Assembly (NCBI RefSeq): GCF_965662675.1
Contig: NZ_CBFIIK010000003.1
Span: 13,401-77,400 of the forward strand
Source: Roseicyclus sp.
GTDB lineage: Bacteria > Pseudomonadota > Alphaproteobacteria > Rhodobacterales > Rhodobacteraceae
Length of the DNA stretch: 64,000 nt
Reading direction: 5' to 3'
Shown here: positions 1 through 9,559 of the stretch, one piece after another
Position numbering within the stretch: position 1 is the first letter of the stretch
How the letters are laid out: each line of letters opens with the position of its first letter
Notes under the pieces: model-generated
The model's input: the letters and a program-made list of their open reading frames with translations, nothing else
Told to the model about the DNA's origin: nothing
The model's database searches: none
Program-made: the position numbers and the translations under genes

Positions 1-680
1 TCCAACGCGCCGTGCGTGAGCAACCCGACCGCATCGATTTTCGCCGGGGCTTGGCTTCCAGCCTCGTGCGCGCCGGGCGCGCTGATGAGGCGGTGCCCTT
101 GTGGCGTGAGATCGTGAACGGCAATGAAACAGTCGAACAAGACCGCATCGATTTCGCGGGCGCGCTGATCCGTGCGGGCGATTGGGAAGAGGCCGAGCGC
201 CAACTCGATCTTGTGCCCCCGACCCTCGAAACCTACGAACGCTACCGCCTTGAGGCCATGGTCGCCGACAGCAATCAGGAATGGGACCGGGCCGATCATT
301 TCTACGAGATCGCCGTAGGTCTGACCACGCGCCCGGCAAATGTGCTGAACAATTGGGGCTTCTCGCGCCTTTCGCGGGGTGATTTCGACGGCGCGGAAGA
401 GCTATTCTTGGAGTCGATCCGCTATGACCCCGCGCTGTTCACGGCCAAGAACAACCTTGTCATGGCGCGCGCCGCGCAAGGCAATTACCAGATGCCACTG
501 GTCCGCATGAGCGAGATCGAACGTGCGCAACTGTTGCACACGGCTGGCCTTGCGGCGATCCGCCAAGGCCAGACCGATGTCGGGCGCGGATTGCTGGCCG
601 AGGCGATCGAAACCCACCCCCAACATTTCGAAGCTGCCGTGCGCGCACTCGACACCCTTGATACGGAGGTTCGCCGCTGA
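1..680 (+). CDS. TPR-repeat protein, 5'-truncated at window edge (TadD-like, end of a Tad/Flp pilus locus)
   Basis: The frame is open from base 3 with no upstream stop. The sequence shows TPR-like helical repeats. Its stop overlaps the ATG of the next gene (TGATG at 678-682). Confidence 0.6.
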   Translation, partial: QRAVREQPDRIDFRRGLASSLVRAGRADEAVPLWREIVNGNETVEQDRIDFAGALIRAGDWEEAERQLDLVPPTLETYERYRLEAMVADSNQEWDRADHFYEIAVGLTTRPANVLNNWGFSRLSRGDFDGAEELFLESIRYDPALFTAKNNLVMARAAQGNYQMPLVRMSEIERAQLLHTAGLAAIRQGQTDVGRGLLAEAIETHPQHFEAAVRALDTLDTEVRR

Positions 681-1183
681 TGACGCTTGCCCTGACCCCC
701 ACCGAGGCGATGTGGTTCTTGCCCTTCGTGCTGCCGATCTGCGTCTGGGTCGCCCATAGCGACCTGCGCGCGATGCGTATTCCCAACATCGCGGTTCTGG
801 CCTTGGTCGGTGTCTTTCTGTGCGTCGGCCTCATCGTCATGCCATTCGAGGCCTATCTTTGGCGGCTTGCGGCTTTGGGCATCGTGCTGGTCATCGGCTT
901 TGTCATCACATCGCTGGGCATGGTGGGCGCGGGCGACGCGAAATTCGCAGCTGCAATGGCCCCCTTCGTGGTGCCGGGTGATGGCCTGTTTTTCCTGATG
1001 CTCTTCTCGATGGTACTGATCGGGTCATGGGTGACGCATCGTTTGGCGGGGCGTGTGCCCGTTTTGCGTCGCGCAACGGCGGATTGGGCTTCGTGGGATC
1101 AAAACAAGCTGTTCCCGATGGGCGTGGCCCTTGCGGGCGCGCTGGCGATCTATCTGATCATGGGTGCGGCGGCAGGGCTTTAG
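680..1183 (+). CDS. cpaA: A24-family prepilin peptidase (CpaA/TadV type)
   Basis: 167 aa polytopic membrane protein with DLR..RIPN and GAGDAKF aspartyl-peptidase motifs, adjacent to the TPR gene. Confidence 0.75.
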   Translation: MTLALTPTEAMWFLPFVLPICVWVAHSDLRAMRIPNIAVLALVGVFLCVGLIVMPFEAYLWRLAALGIVLVIGFVITSLGMVGAGDAKFAAAMAPFVVPGDGLFFLMLFSMVLIGSWVTHRLAGRVPVLRRATADWASWDQNKLFPMGVALAGALAIYLIMGAAAGL

Positions 1184-1266
1184 CCCCATCGCCATCCCAG
1201 CTTCGCCCATAAAGCGCCGCAATCCCAAGCTATTGGATGCGACAGCAAAATGCGTGGGGTTACGCC

Positions 1267-2589
1267 ATGAATATCCAAGTCTCGCAAACCGATACATTGG
1301 CGCCGCCGCCGTTGCGGCAATTGTCTGATACCGGCCTAACGCCGGTGATGATGCGCGATATTCTTCTCAAGACGGTGTTCCGCAAGAATGTGGAAAAAGC
1401 CTCGGAAATCGCGCGGGCCATCGCGCTGCCCATTCCCTTGGCGCAGGCCTTGATCGACAATCTGCGCGATCTGGGGCTGATGCAGGCCACCGGCACGCTG
1501 CACGCCACCTCAAGCTCGGAGATGGGCTTTCAACTCACCGATGGCGGCAAGGCGCGCGCGCTCGATGCGCTGTCGCAATCCGAATATTACGGGCCGATGC
1601 CCGTACCGCTCGAAGACTACAAGGCACAGGTCAAGCGCCAGTCGATCCGCGACATCAAGCTGACGCGTGCCATGCTCGAGGCCTCGATGGGCCATCTGAT
1701 CTTGCCGCACGGCCTGTTGGATCAGCTTGGCCCGGCGGTCGGCTCGGGCCGCTCGGTCTTGATGTATGGCCCGCCCGGCAACGGCAAATCCTCGATCGCC
1801 GAAGGCATCCGCAAGGCGATGGGAGACAACATCTATATCCCGCACGCGCTGTCTTATGCGGGACAGGTGATCACCATGTTCGACCCGATCGTGCATACGC
1901 CGGTCATCGCCTCACCCGACAGCCCCGACAACAGCCCGTTGCGCAAGAACGCAGCCCGCCACGATACGCGCTACCTGCTGTGCACGCGTCCCACGGTGAT
2001 GACGGGGGGCGAATTGACGCTTGCGATGTTGGACCTGAACTATAACGCGGTCAGCCGCACCTATCAGGCGAGCCTTCAGTTGAAATCCACGGGCGGGGTT
2101 TTCATCGTCGACGACCTTGGCCGCCAAGAGGAACCGCCGCAGGCGCTGATCAACCGTTGGATCGTTCCGATGGAAAACGCCTATGACATCCTCGCGCTCC
2201 AATCGGGCGAGAAGTTCGAGGTGCCCTTCGACACGCTGGTCGTGTTCTCGACCAATTTCCACCCCAACGAGATCTTCGACCAAGCAGCCCTTCGCCGGAT
2301 CTTCTTCAAGGTGAAGATCGACGGGCCGAACCAAGAGCAGTTCCTCAAGATCTTCGCGCTGGTCGCCAAGAAAAAGGGCATACCGCTCGATCAGGCCTCG
2401 CTCGTACATCTGCTCAAGACCAAATATCCCACCATCGGGCATAACTACGCCAATTATCACCCGGTCTTCTTGTGCGACCAGATCAAGGCGATCTGCGATT
2501 TCGAGGGTATCCCCTACCAGATGCGGCCCGAATTCATCGACCGCGCGTGGGAGAACCTCTTCGTCAAGGACGAGAAGATCGTTCACTAA
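1267..2589 (+). CDS. AAA+ ATPase with an N-terminal winged-helix-like region, function unknown
   Basis: Walker A GPPGNGKS, Walker B FIVDDLGRQ, sensor-1 VVFSTN and an ALRRIFFKV arginine motif. The ATG at 1267 is preferred over 1237 because of a G-rich stretch about 7 nt upstream. Confidence 0.7.
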   Translation: MNIQVSQTDTLAPPPLRQLSDTGLTPVMMRDILLKTVFRKNVEKASEIARAIALPIPLAQALIDNLRDLGLMQATGTLHATSSSEMGFQLTDGGKARALDALSQSEYYGPMPVPLEDYKAQVKRQSIRDIKLTRAMLEASMGHLILPHGLLDQLGPAVGSGRSVLMYGPPGNGKSSIAEGIRKAMGDNIYIPHALSYAGQVITMFDPIVHTPVIASPDSPDNSPLRKNAARHDTRYLLCTRPTVMTGGELTLAMLDLNYNAVSRTYQASLQLKSTGGVFIVDDLGRQEEPPQALINRWIVPMENAYDILALQSGEKFEVPFDTLVVFSTNFHPNEIFDQAALRRIFFKVKIDGPNQEQFLKIFALVAKKKGIPLDQASLVHLLKTKYPTIGHNYANYHPVFLCDQIKAICDFEGIPYQMRPEFIDRAWENLFVKDEKIVH

Positions 2590-2676
2590 GGCCGAAAAAC
2601 AGCAGTTCTCCCGAAGGTTTCGCTGCAGGGAAACACGCCCCGTGGCCAAGCGCGCACAAACCGTTATCTAAGGGGC

Positions 2677-5100
2677 ATGACGCGCGCCCTTCCCCCCCAG
2701 ATCACCGGCTGGTTTTCCGCTCGCGGCTGGTCGATCCACCCGCACCAGCAGGCGATGCTGGACCGCGCCGATGGCCCCTGCCAATTGCTCATCGCGCCCA
2801 CGGGCGGCGGCAAGACGATGGCGGGCTTCTTGCCGACACTGGCCGAACTGGCCGACGGGGCGCATCAAGGCCTGCACACACTTTATGTCTCGCCGCTCAA
2901 GGCGCTGGCCGCCGATATCAAGCGCAACCTGACCGGCCCGATCACCGAGATGGGCCTGCCCGTCAGGGTCGAGGATCGCACCGGCGACACCTCCTCCCAC
3001 ACCAAGCGCAGGCAGCGCGCCGATCCGCCCCATATCCTGCTGACCACGCCCGAATCCCTTGCGCTGCTGGTGTCCTACGAGGATGCGCAGCGCACATTCG
3101 CGGGACTGCAGCGCATCATCGTCGATGAGGTTCACGCGCTCGCCGAAAGCAAACGCGGCGATCAGCTGATGCTGGCGCTGTCGCGGCTGTCCACACTGGC
3201 CCCCGGCCTGCGCCGTGTGGGCCTATCGGCCACCGTCGAGGACCCCGCCGCCATCGCCCGCATCCTCGCCCGCCACCCCGACCCTTGCGACATCTTGCAG
3301 GCCGATCCCGGCCCCGACCCCGATATCGCCATGCTCACGACCGAGGCCCCCCCGCCATGGTCGGGCGGCGGCGGCAGATACGCGATTCCAGCGGTGCTGG
3401 AGCAGGTCAAGCGCCACCGCACCACGCTGATCTTTCACAACACCCGCGCGCAGGCGGAGTTGTTCTTTCACCATCTGTGGCTGGCCAATGAGGACCAATT
3501 GCCCATCGGCATCCATCACGGCGCGCTGGCACGCGAGCAGCGCGAAAAGGTAGAGCAAGCGATGGTCGAGGGGCGGCTTCGCGCCATTGTCTGTACTGGC
3601 TCGCTCGATCTCGGGATCGATTGGGGCGATGTGGATCTGGTGATCCAGATCGGTGCGCCCAAGAACGTCAAGCGGCTGGTGCAGCGGATCGGGCGCGCCA
3701 ATCATCGCTACAACGCCCCCTCCAAGGCGCTGATCGTGCCGGCCAATCGCTTCGAGGTGATCGAATGCACCGCAGCACTCGACGCTGTGCGCGCCCATGC
3801 GCTGGACGGCGACACCGACCATGACGGGCCGCTTGATGTCTTGTGCCAACACATCCTGATCCGCGCCTGCGCCGGGCCGTTTCAAGCCGATGACCTCTAC
3901 CAAGAGATCCGCAGCGCGGGCGCCTATGCGGAGCTACCGCGCGACACCTTCGATCGCTGCCTCGATTTCGCGGCGACAGGGGGCTATGCGCTGCGCGCCT
4001 ATGACCAGTGGCAACGCCTGATCCAGCGCCAAGATGGCGAGTGGCAGTTGCGCGATCCCCGCCGGGCCGCGCGCATCCGCATGAACATCGGCACCATCGT
4101 GGATGCCGACAAGATGCAGGTCCGCTATCAGAAAACCCGCGGCGGCGCGCCCCTGGGCGAGGTGGAGGAATATTTCGCCGCCAGCTTGCGCAAGGGCGAC
4201 ACCTTCCTGATCGGCGGGCAGATCGTGCGTTTTGAAGGGATGCGCGAGATGGTGGTCGAGGTCAGCCGCACGCCGACACAAAAGCCCAAGATCGCCACCT
4301 TCATGGGCACGAAATTCGCCACCTCCACCCAGCTTTCCGACCGCATTCTGGCGATGTTCCGCCAAGACGATTGGCCCGATCTGCCCGGCCACACCCGCGA
4401 TTGGCTGGTGCTGCAAGCCCGCCTCAGCCGCCTGCCCGAACGGGACCGGCTTTTGGTAGAAACCTTCCCCCATGACGGCCGCGAACATGTGGTGGCTTAC
4501 GGCTTTGCGGGCCGCAACGCGCAGCAGACGCTCGGCCTTTTGATCACTCAGCGGATGGAAGAGATGGGACTGAACCCGATGGGGTTCGTGGCCACGGATT
4601 ACGCAACGCTGATCTGGGGGCTGGAGGCCACGACCGATCCAAAGCCGCTCTTCGCGCGCAAAAATCTGGTCGAGACCATGGCGGCATGGCTGGCCGATAA
4701 CGCGGTGATGAAACGCACCTTCAAGGCCAGCGCACTCATCGCGGGGCTGATCGAGCGCAACCAACCCGGCGGCATGCGCAAATCCGGGCGGCAGGCGACG
4801 TTTTCGACCGATATCCTTTACGACACGCTTCGCAAATACGACCCCGATCACATCATGCTGGCGATCACCCGGGCCGAGGCGATGCGCGGCCTGGTCGATT
4901 TCGGCCGGATCGAGGGCATGCTCGACCGTATCGGTGACCGGATCGATCATCTGCGCCTGTCCCGCGTCAGTCCGCTGGCCGCACCCCTTTTTCTTGAGCC
5001 CGGCCGTGTGCCGATTGCGGGCATGGCCGATCAGCGCCTGCTCGAGGCCGAGGCCGCGCGCCTGATGGCGGCGGCCGGTCTGGACAGCGTCCCAAGCTGA
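2677..5100 (+). CDS. Ligase-associated DNA-damage-response DEXH-box helicase (Lhr-like)
   Basis: 807 aa with APTGGGKT Walker A, DEVH box and helicase C motifs, followed 7 nt later by pdeM. Confidence 0.85.
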   Translation: MTRALPPQITGWFSARGWSIHPHQQAMLDRADGPCQLLIAPTGGGKTMAGFLPTLAELADGAHQGLHTLYVSPLKALAADIKRNLTGPITEMGLPVRVEDRTGDTSSHTKRRQRADPPHILLTTPESLALLVSYEDAQRTFAGLQRIIVDEVHALAESKRGDQLMLALSRLSTLAPGLRRVGLSATVEDPAAIARILARHPDPCDILQADPGPDPDIAMLTTEAPPPWSGGGGRYAIPAVLEQVKRHRTTLIFHNTRAQAELFFHHLWLANEDQLPIGIHHGALAREQREKVEQAMVEGRLRAIVCTGSLDLGIDWGDVDLVIQIGAPKNVKRLVQRIGRANHRYNAPSKALIVPANRFEVIECTAALDAVRAHALDGDTDHDGPLDVLCQHILIRACAGPFQADDLYQEIRSAGAYAELPRDTFDRCLDFAATGGYALRAYDQWQRLIQRQDGEWQLRDPRRAARIRMNIGTIVDADKMQVRYQKTRGGAPLGEVEEYFAASLRKGDTFLIGGQIVRFEGMREMVVEVSRTPTQKPKIATFMGTKFATSTQLSDRILAMFRQDDWPDLPGHTRDWLVLQARLSRLPERDRLLVETFPHDGREHVVAYGFAGRNAQQTLGLLITQRMEEMGLNPMGFVATDYATLIWGLEATTDPKPLFARKNLVETMAAWLADNAVMKRTFKASALIAGLIERNQPGGMRKSGRQATFSTDILYDTLRKYDPDHIMLAITRAEAMRGLVDFGRIEGMLDRIGDRIDHLRLSRVSPLAAPLFLEPGRVPIAGMADQRLLEAEAARLMAAAGLDSVPS

Positions 5101-5107
5101 CGCCCCC

Positions 5108-5806
5108 TTGCCGAACCCGACCCCGCCCGCCTATGAGCAGGCGATGACCAGCCTGCCCTTTCCTTTTCGCGGCGAAACACTGCACGCCCTGCCGACGGGT
5201 GCGCTTTATTGGCCCACGCGCGAGGTCTTGTGTGTCTCGGACCTGCACTTGGGTAAATCGGACCGCATGGCGCGGCGGGGCGGTGCGCTTTTGCCGCCCT
5301 ATGAAACCATCGAAACGCTTGATCGGCTGGCCGAAGATATCGCTGCGATGCGCCCTGCCAAGGTGATCTGTCTTGGCGACAGCTTCGATGATCTGATCGC
5401 CGCCAAAGACATGGCCGATCCGCTCAAGGGCCGCTTGGTCAGTCTGATGGCAGGGCGGCGATGGATCTGGATCTCGGGCAATCACGACCCCGGCCCGGTT
5501 GATCTGGGCGGGAGCCATCTGGCGGAACACACCGACGGACCACTGATCTTTCGCCATATCGCCGAAGCGCACGCGACCGGCGAGATCTCGGGCCATTACC
5601 ACCCCAAGGCGCGCATCACCCTGCGCGGGCGGACAATCAGCCGCCGCTGCATGCTGCGCGATAAGAACAGGCTGATCCTGCCCGCCTATGGGGCCTATAC
5701 CGGCGGGTTGTTCTGCGACCGGCCCGAGCTATCGGGCTTGATGGCCAGCGACGCCGAGGCGATCTTGCTTGGCCCCTCGCCCATCCGTTTGCCCATGCCC
5801 CGGTGA
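5108..5806 (+). CDS. pdeM: Ligase-associated DNA-damage-response metallophosphoesterase PdeM
   Basis: Motifs CVSDLHLGKS, GDSFDD and GNHD of the calcineurin-like phosphoesterase fold, in the canonical position after the Lhr-like helicase. Confidence 0.8.
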   Translation: MPNPTPPAYEQAMTSLPFPFRGETLHALPTGALYWPTREVLCVSDLHLGKSDRMARRGGALLPPYETIETLDRLAEDIAAMRPAKVICLGDSFDDLIAAKDMADPLKGRLVSLMAGRRWIWISGNHDPGPVDLGGSHLAEHTDGPLIFRHIAEAHATGEISGHYHPKARITLRGRTISRRCMLRDKNRLILPAYGAYTGGLFCDRPELSGLMASDAEAILLGPSPIRLPMPR

Positions 5807-6609
5807 TCCAGCAAGCCCACAGCGCGCAATGGTTCAAGATAGGCTTGGCTGACCGGCAAGACGGTCCCATCGATCAAATCCATCACATGGCGCCGCCCCT
5901 CGGCCCTGACGCGCAAAACGGCCTCTGCCGCCACCCAATGGGAACGATGGATACGAAACCCCGCCAATTCCTCCAAATCCGGCATCGCATCGCGGAACCG
6001 CATGATCATGCGCCCGGTACTTTGCGTGGTCTGGATCTCCAGATAATGATCAGCGGCCGAGACCCGCATCACCGCGCCGGGCAGATCGAGGTCACTGCGC
6101 GCCAAGAAAGCGGGCCGGGTGATATTCGGCACTGTCTCAATGTCTGTGCGCGCCACTTGGCGATCACGGGCGACCAAGGCCGCAGGGGGTGGCGGCGCGC
6201 GGCGCGGCAGGCCGCGCAACAGCAGCACGCACAGCCAGACGGCAAAAACCGCCAGCATGATCTTGCCCGGTGGTGGCACAAGCGCCGGGTCGGCATGGGG
6301 CAAGACACAACACAAGGACCAGATCATCGGCCCAAGGATCAGGGCGGTCAATCCACCCTCCAGCCAAAGCCCAAGGAACGGGCGCCGTGGCAAAACCAAC
6401 CTTGAAAGGAAAGCCGCGCCCCCGGCCACCGTCACCGCTGCGATCAAGATCGCAGCCCAGAACGACAGCCGCCACACCAAGGGCAAGAGCACCCATGTGC
6501 CGTAGGGGCCCAAAAGGCCAAGGGCGACACTGCCCAAGAGCCACAACAGCGCCAATGACCAAAATGTCGTCTGTCTCGGACCGGCCGGATCGTTACGCGC
6601 AAACACCAT
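5695..6609 (-). CDS. Membrane-anchored LytTR-domain DNA-binding protein
   Basis: About 4 N-terminal TM helices plus a C-terminal LytTR signature (ADHYLEIQT...IHRSHWVA). The 3' tail overlaps pdeM convergently by 112 nt. Confidence 0.7.
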   Translation of the reverse strand: MVFARNDPAGPRQTTFWSLALLWLLGSVALGLLGPYGTWVLLPLVWRLSFWAAILIAAVTVAGGAAFLSRLVLPRRPFLGLWLEGGLTALILGPMIWSLCCVLPHADPALVPPPGKIMLAVFAVWLCVLLLRGLPRRAPPPPAALVARDRQVARTDIETVPNITRPAFLARSDLDLPGAVMRVSAADHYLEIQTTQSTGRMIMRFRDAMPDLEELAGFRIHRSHWVAAEAVLRVRAEGRRHVMDLIDGTVLPVSQAYLEPLRAVGLLDHRGMGKRMGEGPSKIASASLAIKPDSSGRSQNNPPV

Positions 6610-6701
6610 GAAAAACGACTTTTGAGAGCGAAAACTTTCCCGCGCACCCTAACCAAGATGCCCCGTGGCGCAAGTCATTCCGGCACGGACATTGGAAATG
6701 C

Positions 6702-7601
6702 TCAGGCGGTCAGGCCCTGAGGCTCGGCCACGCCATGCGCCCGGCAGCACGCCGTCAGCGTATTGGCCAAAAGGCACGCGATCGTCATTGGCCCCACGCC
6801 ACCGGGCACGGGCGTGATCGCGCCCGCCACTGCCGCGCAGCTCTCATAATGGCAATCGCCCACCAGCCGCGTCTTGGCCGGATCACCTGGGTGGGGCACC
6901 CGGTTGATGCCGACATCGATCACCGTCGCGCCGGGCTTGACCCAATCGCCGCGGATCATCTCGGGCCGCCCCACGGCCGCCACAAGGATATCGGCACGCC
7001 GACATACCGCAGCCAGATCGGCGGTGCGCGAATGCGCGATGGTGACCGTGCAGCTATCACCCAGCAAAAGCTGCGCCATCGGCTTGCCCACGATATTCGA
7101 GCGGCCAACCACCACCGCCTCCAGCCCCGCAAGGCTGCCGTGATGATCGCGCAGCATCATTAGGCTGCCCAAGGGGGTGCAGGGCACCAGCGCCTTCTGC
7201 CCTGTCCCCAGCAGGCCCACATTGGAGATATGGAACCCGTCGACATCCTTGGCCGGATCGATGGTGTTGATCACCTTGGCCGCATCGACATGGGCGGGCA
7301 GCGGCAATTGCACCAAGATGCCATGCACGGCAGGGTCGGCATTCAGCTTTGCCACCAGCGCCAAGATGTCGGCCTCGGGCGTGCCGGCATCGAGCTTGTG
7401 CTCGAAACTCGCCATCCCGGCCTCGACGGTCTGAAGCCCCTTGTTCCTGACATAGACCTGGCTTGCCGGATCTTCGCCCACCAGCACCACGGCCAAACCC
7501 GGCACGATCCCATGCCCGGATTTCAACGCCGCGACATGGTCCGCCACCTGCCCGCGCACCTTGGCTGCAAAGGCCTTTCCGTCGATGATCTGTGCCGCCA
7601 T
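6702..7601 (-). CDS. folD: Bifunctional methylenetetrahydrofolate dehydrogenase/methenyl-THF cyclohydrolase
   Basis: 299 aa, N-terminus IIDGKAFA...[21 protein letters not shown], full-length FolD pattern. Confidence 0.95.
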   Translation of the reverse strand: MAAQIIDGKAFAAKVRGQVADHVAALKSGHGIVPGLAVVLVGEDPASQVYVRNKGLQTVEAGMASFEHKLDAGTPEADILALVAKLNADPAVHGILVQLPLPAHVDAAKVINTIDPAKDVDGFHISNVGLLGTGQKALVPCTPLGSLMMLRDHHGSLAGLEAVVVGRSNIVGKPMAQLLLGDSCTVTIAHSRTADLAAVCRRADILVAAVGRPEMIRGDWVKPGATVIDVGINRVPHPGDPAKTRLVGDCHYESCAAVAGAITPVPGGVGPMTIACLLANTLTACCRAHGVAEPQGLTA

Positions 7602-7610
7602 GCCCTTGAT

Positions 7611-7634
7611 CCTTCATCTTTCCCAAAATACGCA
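7611..7634 (-). promoter_or_regulatory. 24-nt leader motif (gene orientation TGCGTATTTTGGGAAAGATGAAGG) 9 nt upstream of the folD ATG
   Basis: Identical at 23 of 24 nt to 62335-62358 upstream of dut. Contains an SD-like GAAGG. Confidence 0.4.
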
Positions 7635-7694
7635 GCCGCAATCAGCCGACCCGCGCAGCGCTCTGATCGGAGCGCCCGGGTCGTCCAAGGCGGC

Positions 7695-7735
7695 GCGCGC
7701 GGCGGCGGGGGTTCGACGCCCCCGCCGCCGCGCGC
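7695..7735 (-). terminator. 17-bp perfect GC hairpin just 3' of fhs (terminator or attenuator-like, no U-tract)
   Basis: 7695-7711 pairs perfectly with 7719-7735 around a 7-nt loop. It starts 7 nt after the fhs stop. Confidence 0.35.
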
Positions 7736-7741
7736 CTTCGC

Positions 7742-9418
7742 TTAGAACAGGCCTTCGATCAGACCCGCCTCGTTCAGCCGGATGGTTTCCGAAGCCGGAA
7801 CCTTGGGCAGGCCGGGCATGGTCATGATCTCACCGCAGATCGCGACGACAAAGCCTGCCCCGGCCGACAACCGCACCTCGCGCACAGGGATCGTATGCCC
7901 CTCGGGCGCGCCGCGCAGATTGGGGTCGGTCGAGAAGGAATACTGCGTCTTGGCCATACAGACCGGCAGGTTGCCATAGCCCGCATCTTCCCACGCCTTG
8001 AGTTGCGCACGCACGCCGGCATCGGCGGTCACGCTGCCTGCACGGTAGATGCGCTTGGCGATGGTCTCGATCTTGTCCATCAGCCCCATCTCGTCGGGGT
8101 AGAGCGTGTGGAAATCGGCGCTGCCGCCTTCGGCGAGTTCCGCCACGCGGCGTGCCAGATCCTCGATCCCCGCGCTGCCATGCGCCCAATGCTTGCACAA
8201 GATCGCCTCGGAGCCTTGGGCCGCGACATAGGCTTTGACGGCCTCGACCTCGGCCTCGGTATCGCCCGCGAAATGGTTGATGCCCACGACGACCGGCACG
8301 CCGAAACCTTTGACGTTCTCGATATGGCGACCCAGATTGGCGCAGCCCGCCTTGACGGCATCGACATTCTCGGCCCCCAGATCGGCCTTGGCCACGCCAC
8401 CATTCATCTTCATCGCGCGCACCGTCGCCACGATCACCACCGCGTCAGGCGCAAGCCCCGCCTTGCGGCATTTGATGTTCATGAATTTCTCGGCCCCCAG
8501 ATCGGCACCGAAACCGGCCTCGGTCACGACGAAATCGGCCAGCTTCAGCGCGGTCTTGGTGGCGATGACGCTGTTGCAGCCATGCGCGATATTGGCGAAA
8601 GGGCCGCCATGCACGAAGGCCGGGTTGTTTTCGAGCGTCTGCACCAGATTGGGCTGCATCGCATCCTTGAGCAGCACGGTCATCGCCCCGTCAGCCTTGA
8701 TATCGCGGCAGTAGACCGGGGATTTGTCGCGGCGATAGGCCACGATCATATCGCCCAAGCGACGTTCCAGATCGGCCAGATCGCTGGCAAGGCACAAGAT
8801 CGCCATCACCTCGGAGGCAACCGTGATGTCAAACCCCGTCTGGCGCGGGAAACCGTTCGATACGCCACCCAGCGACACCACGATATCGCGCAGCGCGCGG
8901 TCGTTCATGTCCATCACGCGGCGCCAGACGACGCGGCGCTCGTCGATGCCCAGCGTATTGCCCCAGTAGATGTGGTTATCGATCATCGCCGACAGCAGGT
9001 TATGCGCGCTCGTGATCGCGTGGAAATCGCCGGTGAAATGCAGGTTCATCTCTTCCATCGGCACGACTTGCGCATAGCCGCCGCCAGCGGCCCCCCCCTT
9101 CATCCCGAAATTCGGGCCAAGGCTTGCCTCGCGGATACAGATCGCGGCCTTTTTGCCGATGCGGTTCAGACCGTCGCCCAAGCCCACCGTGGTCGTCGTC
9201 TTGCCCTCACCCGCAGGCGTGGGGTTGATCGCGGTCACCAAGATCAGCTTGCCATTGGGCCGGTCGGCCAGCGAGGTGATGAAATCCTGTCCGATCTTTG
9301 CCTTGTCATGCCCATAGGGCAAAAGCGCCTCGGTCGGAATGCCGAGCTTGTCACCGATCTGTTGGATCGGCTTTTTCTTCGCCTCGCGGGCGATTTCGAT
9401 ATCTGTCTTGAAGGCCAT
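7742..9418 (-). CDS. fhs: Formate--tetrahydrofolate ligase
   Basis: FTHFS pattern ([14 protein letters not shown]). Start set at [11 protein letters not shown] (ATG at 9418), preceded by GGGAAGGGAG. Confidence 0.93.
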   Translation of the reverse strand: MAFKTDIEIAREAKKKPIQQIGDKLGIPTEALLPYGHDKAKIGQDFITSLADRPNGKLILVTAINPTPAGEGKTTTTVGLGDGLNRIGKKAAICIREASLGPNFGMKGGAAGGGYAQVVPMEEMNLHFTGDFHAITSAHNLLSAMIDNHIYWGNTLGIDERRVVWRRVMDMNDRALRDIVVSLGGVSNGFPRQTGFDITVASEVMAILCLASDLADLERRLGDMIVAYRRDKSPVYCRDIKADGAMTVLLKDAMQPNLVQTLENNPAFVHGGPFANIAHGCNSVIATKTALKLADFVVTEAGFGADLGAEKFMNIKCRKAGLAPDAVVIVATVRAMKMNGGVAKADLGAENVDAVKAGCANLGRHIENVKGFGVPVVVGINHFAGDTEAEVEAVKAYVAAQGSEAILCKHWAHGSAGIEDLARRVAELAEGGSADFHTLYPDEMGLMDKIETIAKRIYRAGSVTADAGVRAQLKAWEDAGYGNLPVCMAKTQYSFSTDPNLRGAPEGHTIPVREVRLSAGAGFVVAICGEIMTMPGLPKVPASETIRLNEAGLIEGLF

Positions 9419-9535
9419 GTCAGGCGGGCTCCCTTCCCACATGCGGGCGTGTGTGCTCACCCTTGGCTATAGCGGGTGACGCTGCTTGCGTAAGGATCGT
9501 TTCCGACACATTGCCTTGCTCATTCGTCACGCGGC

Positions 9536-9551
9536 GTTTCCCATGGGAAAC
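9536..9551. promoter_or_regulatory. Perfect 16-bp palindrome GTTTCCCATGGGAAAC between the MOSC stop and the fhs start
   Basis: Read directly from the sequence. Candidate operator; no known motif could be assigned. Confidence 0.25.
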
Positions 9552-9559
9552 CCATGTGC

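Noticed and set aside
2604-2622. LexA/SOS box upstream of the Lhr-like helicase (GTTCTCCCGAAGGTTTC).
   Set aside because: It needs either N8 spacing or a shifted second half-site with a mismatch. It is weaker than the ruvC candidate and not convincing.
6633-6650. Possible additional degenerate repeat arm (GCGAAAACTTTCCCGCGC) in the LytTR-folD spacer.
   Set aside because: The similarity to the left arm of copy D is short and lacks the G/C-run hairpins and the tail, so it cannot be told apart from chance by eye.
9419-9559. Possible ZTP (pfl) riboswitch upstream of fhs, and likewise upstream of folD at 7602-7741, since these genes are classic ZTP targets.
   Set aside because: Only fragments match (CGUGAC and CCGCCUG). 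The conserved ACUGGCG element and its pseudoknot partner CCGCCUGGGC are not both present in either leader.
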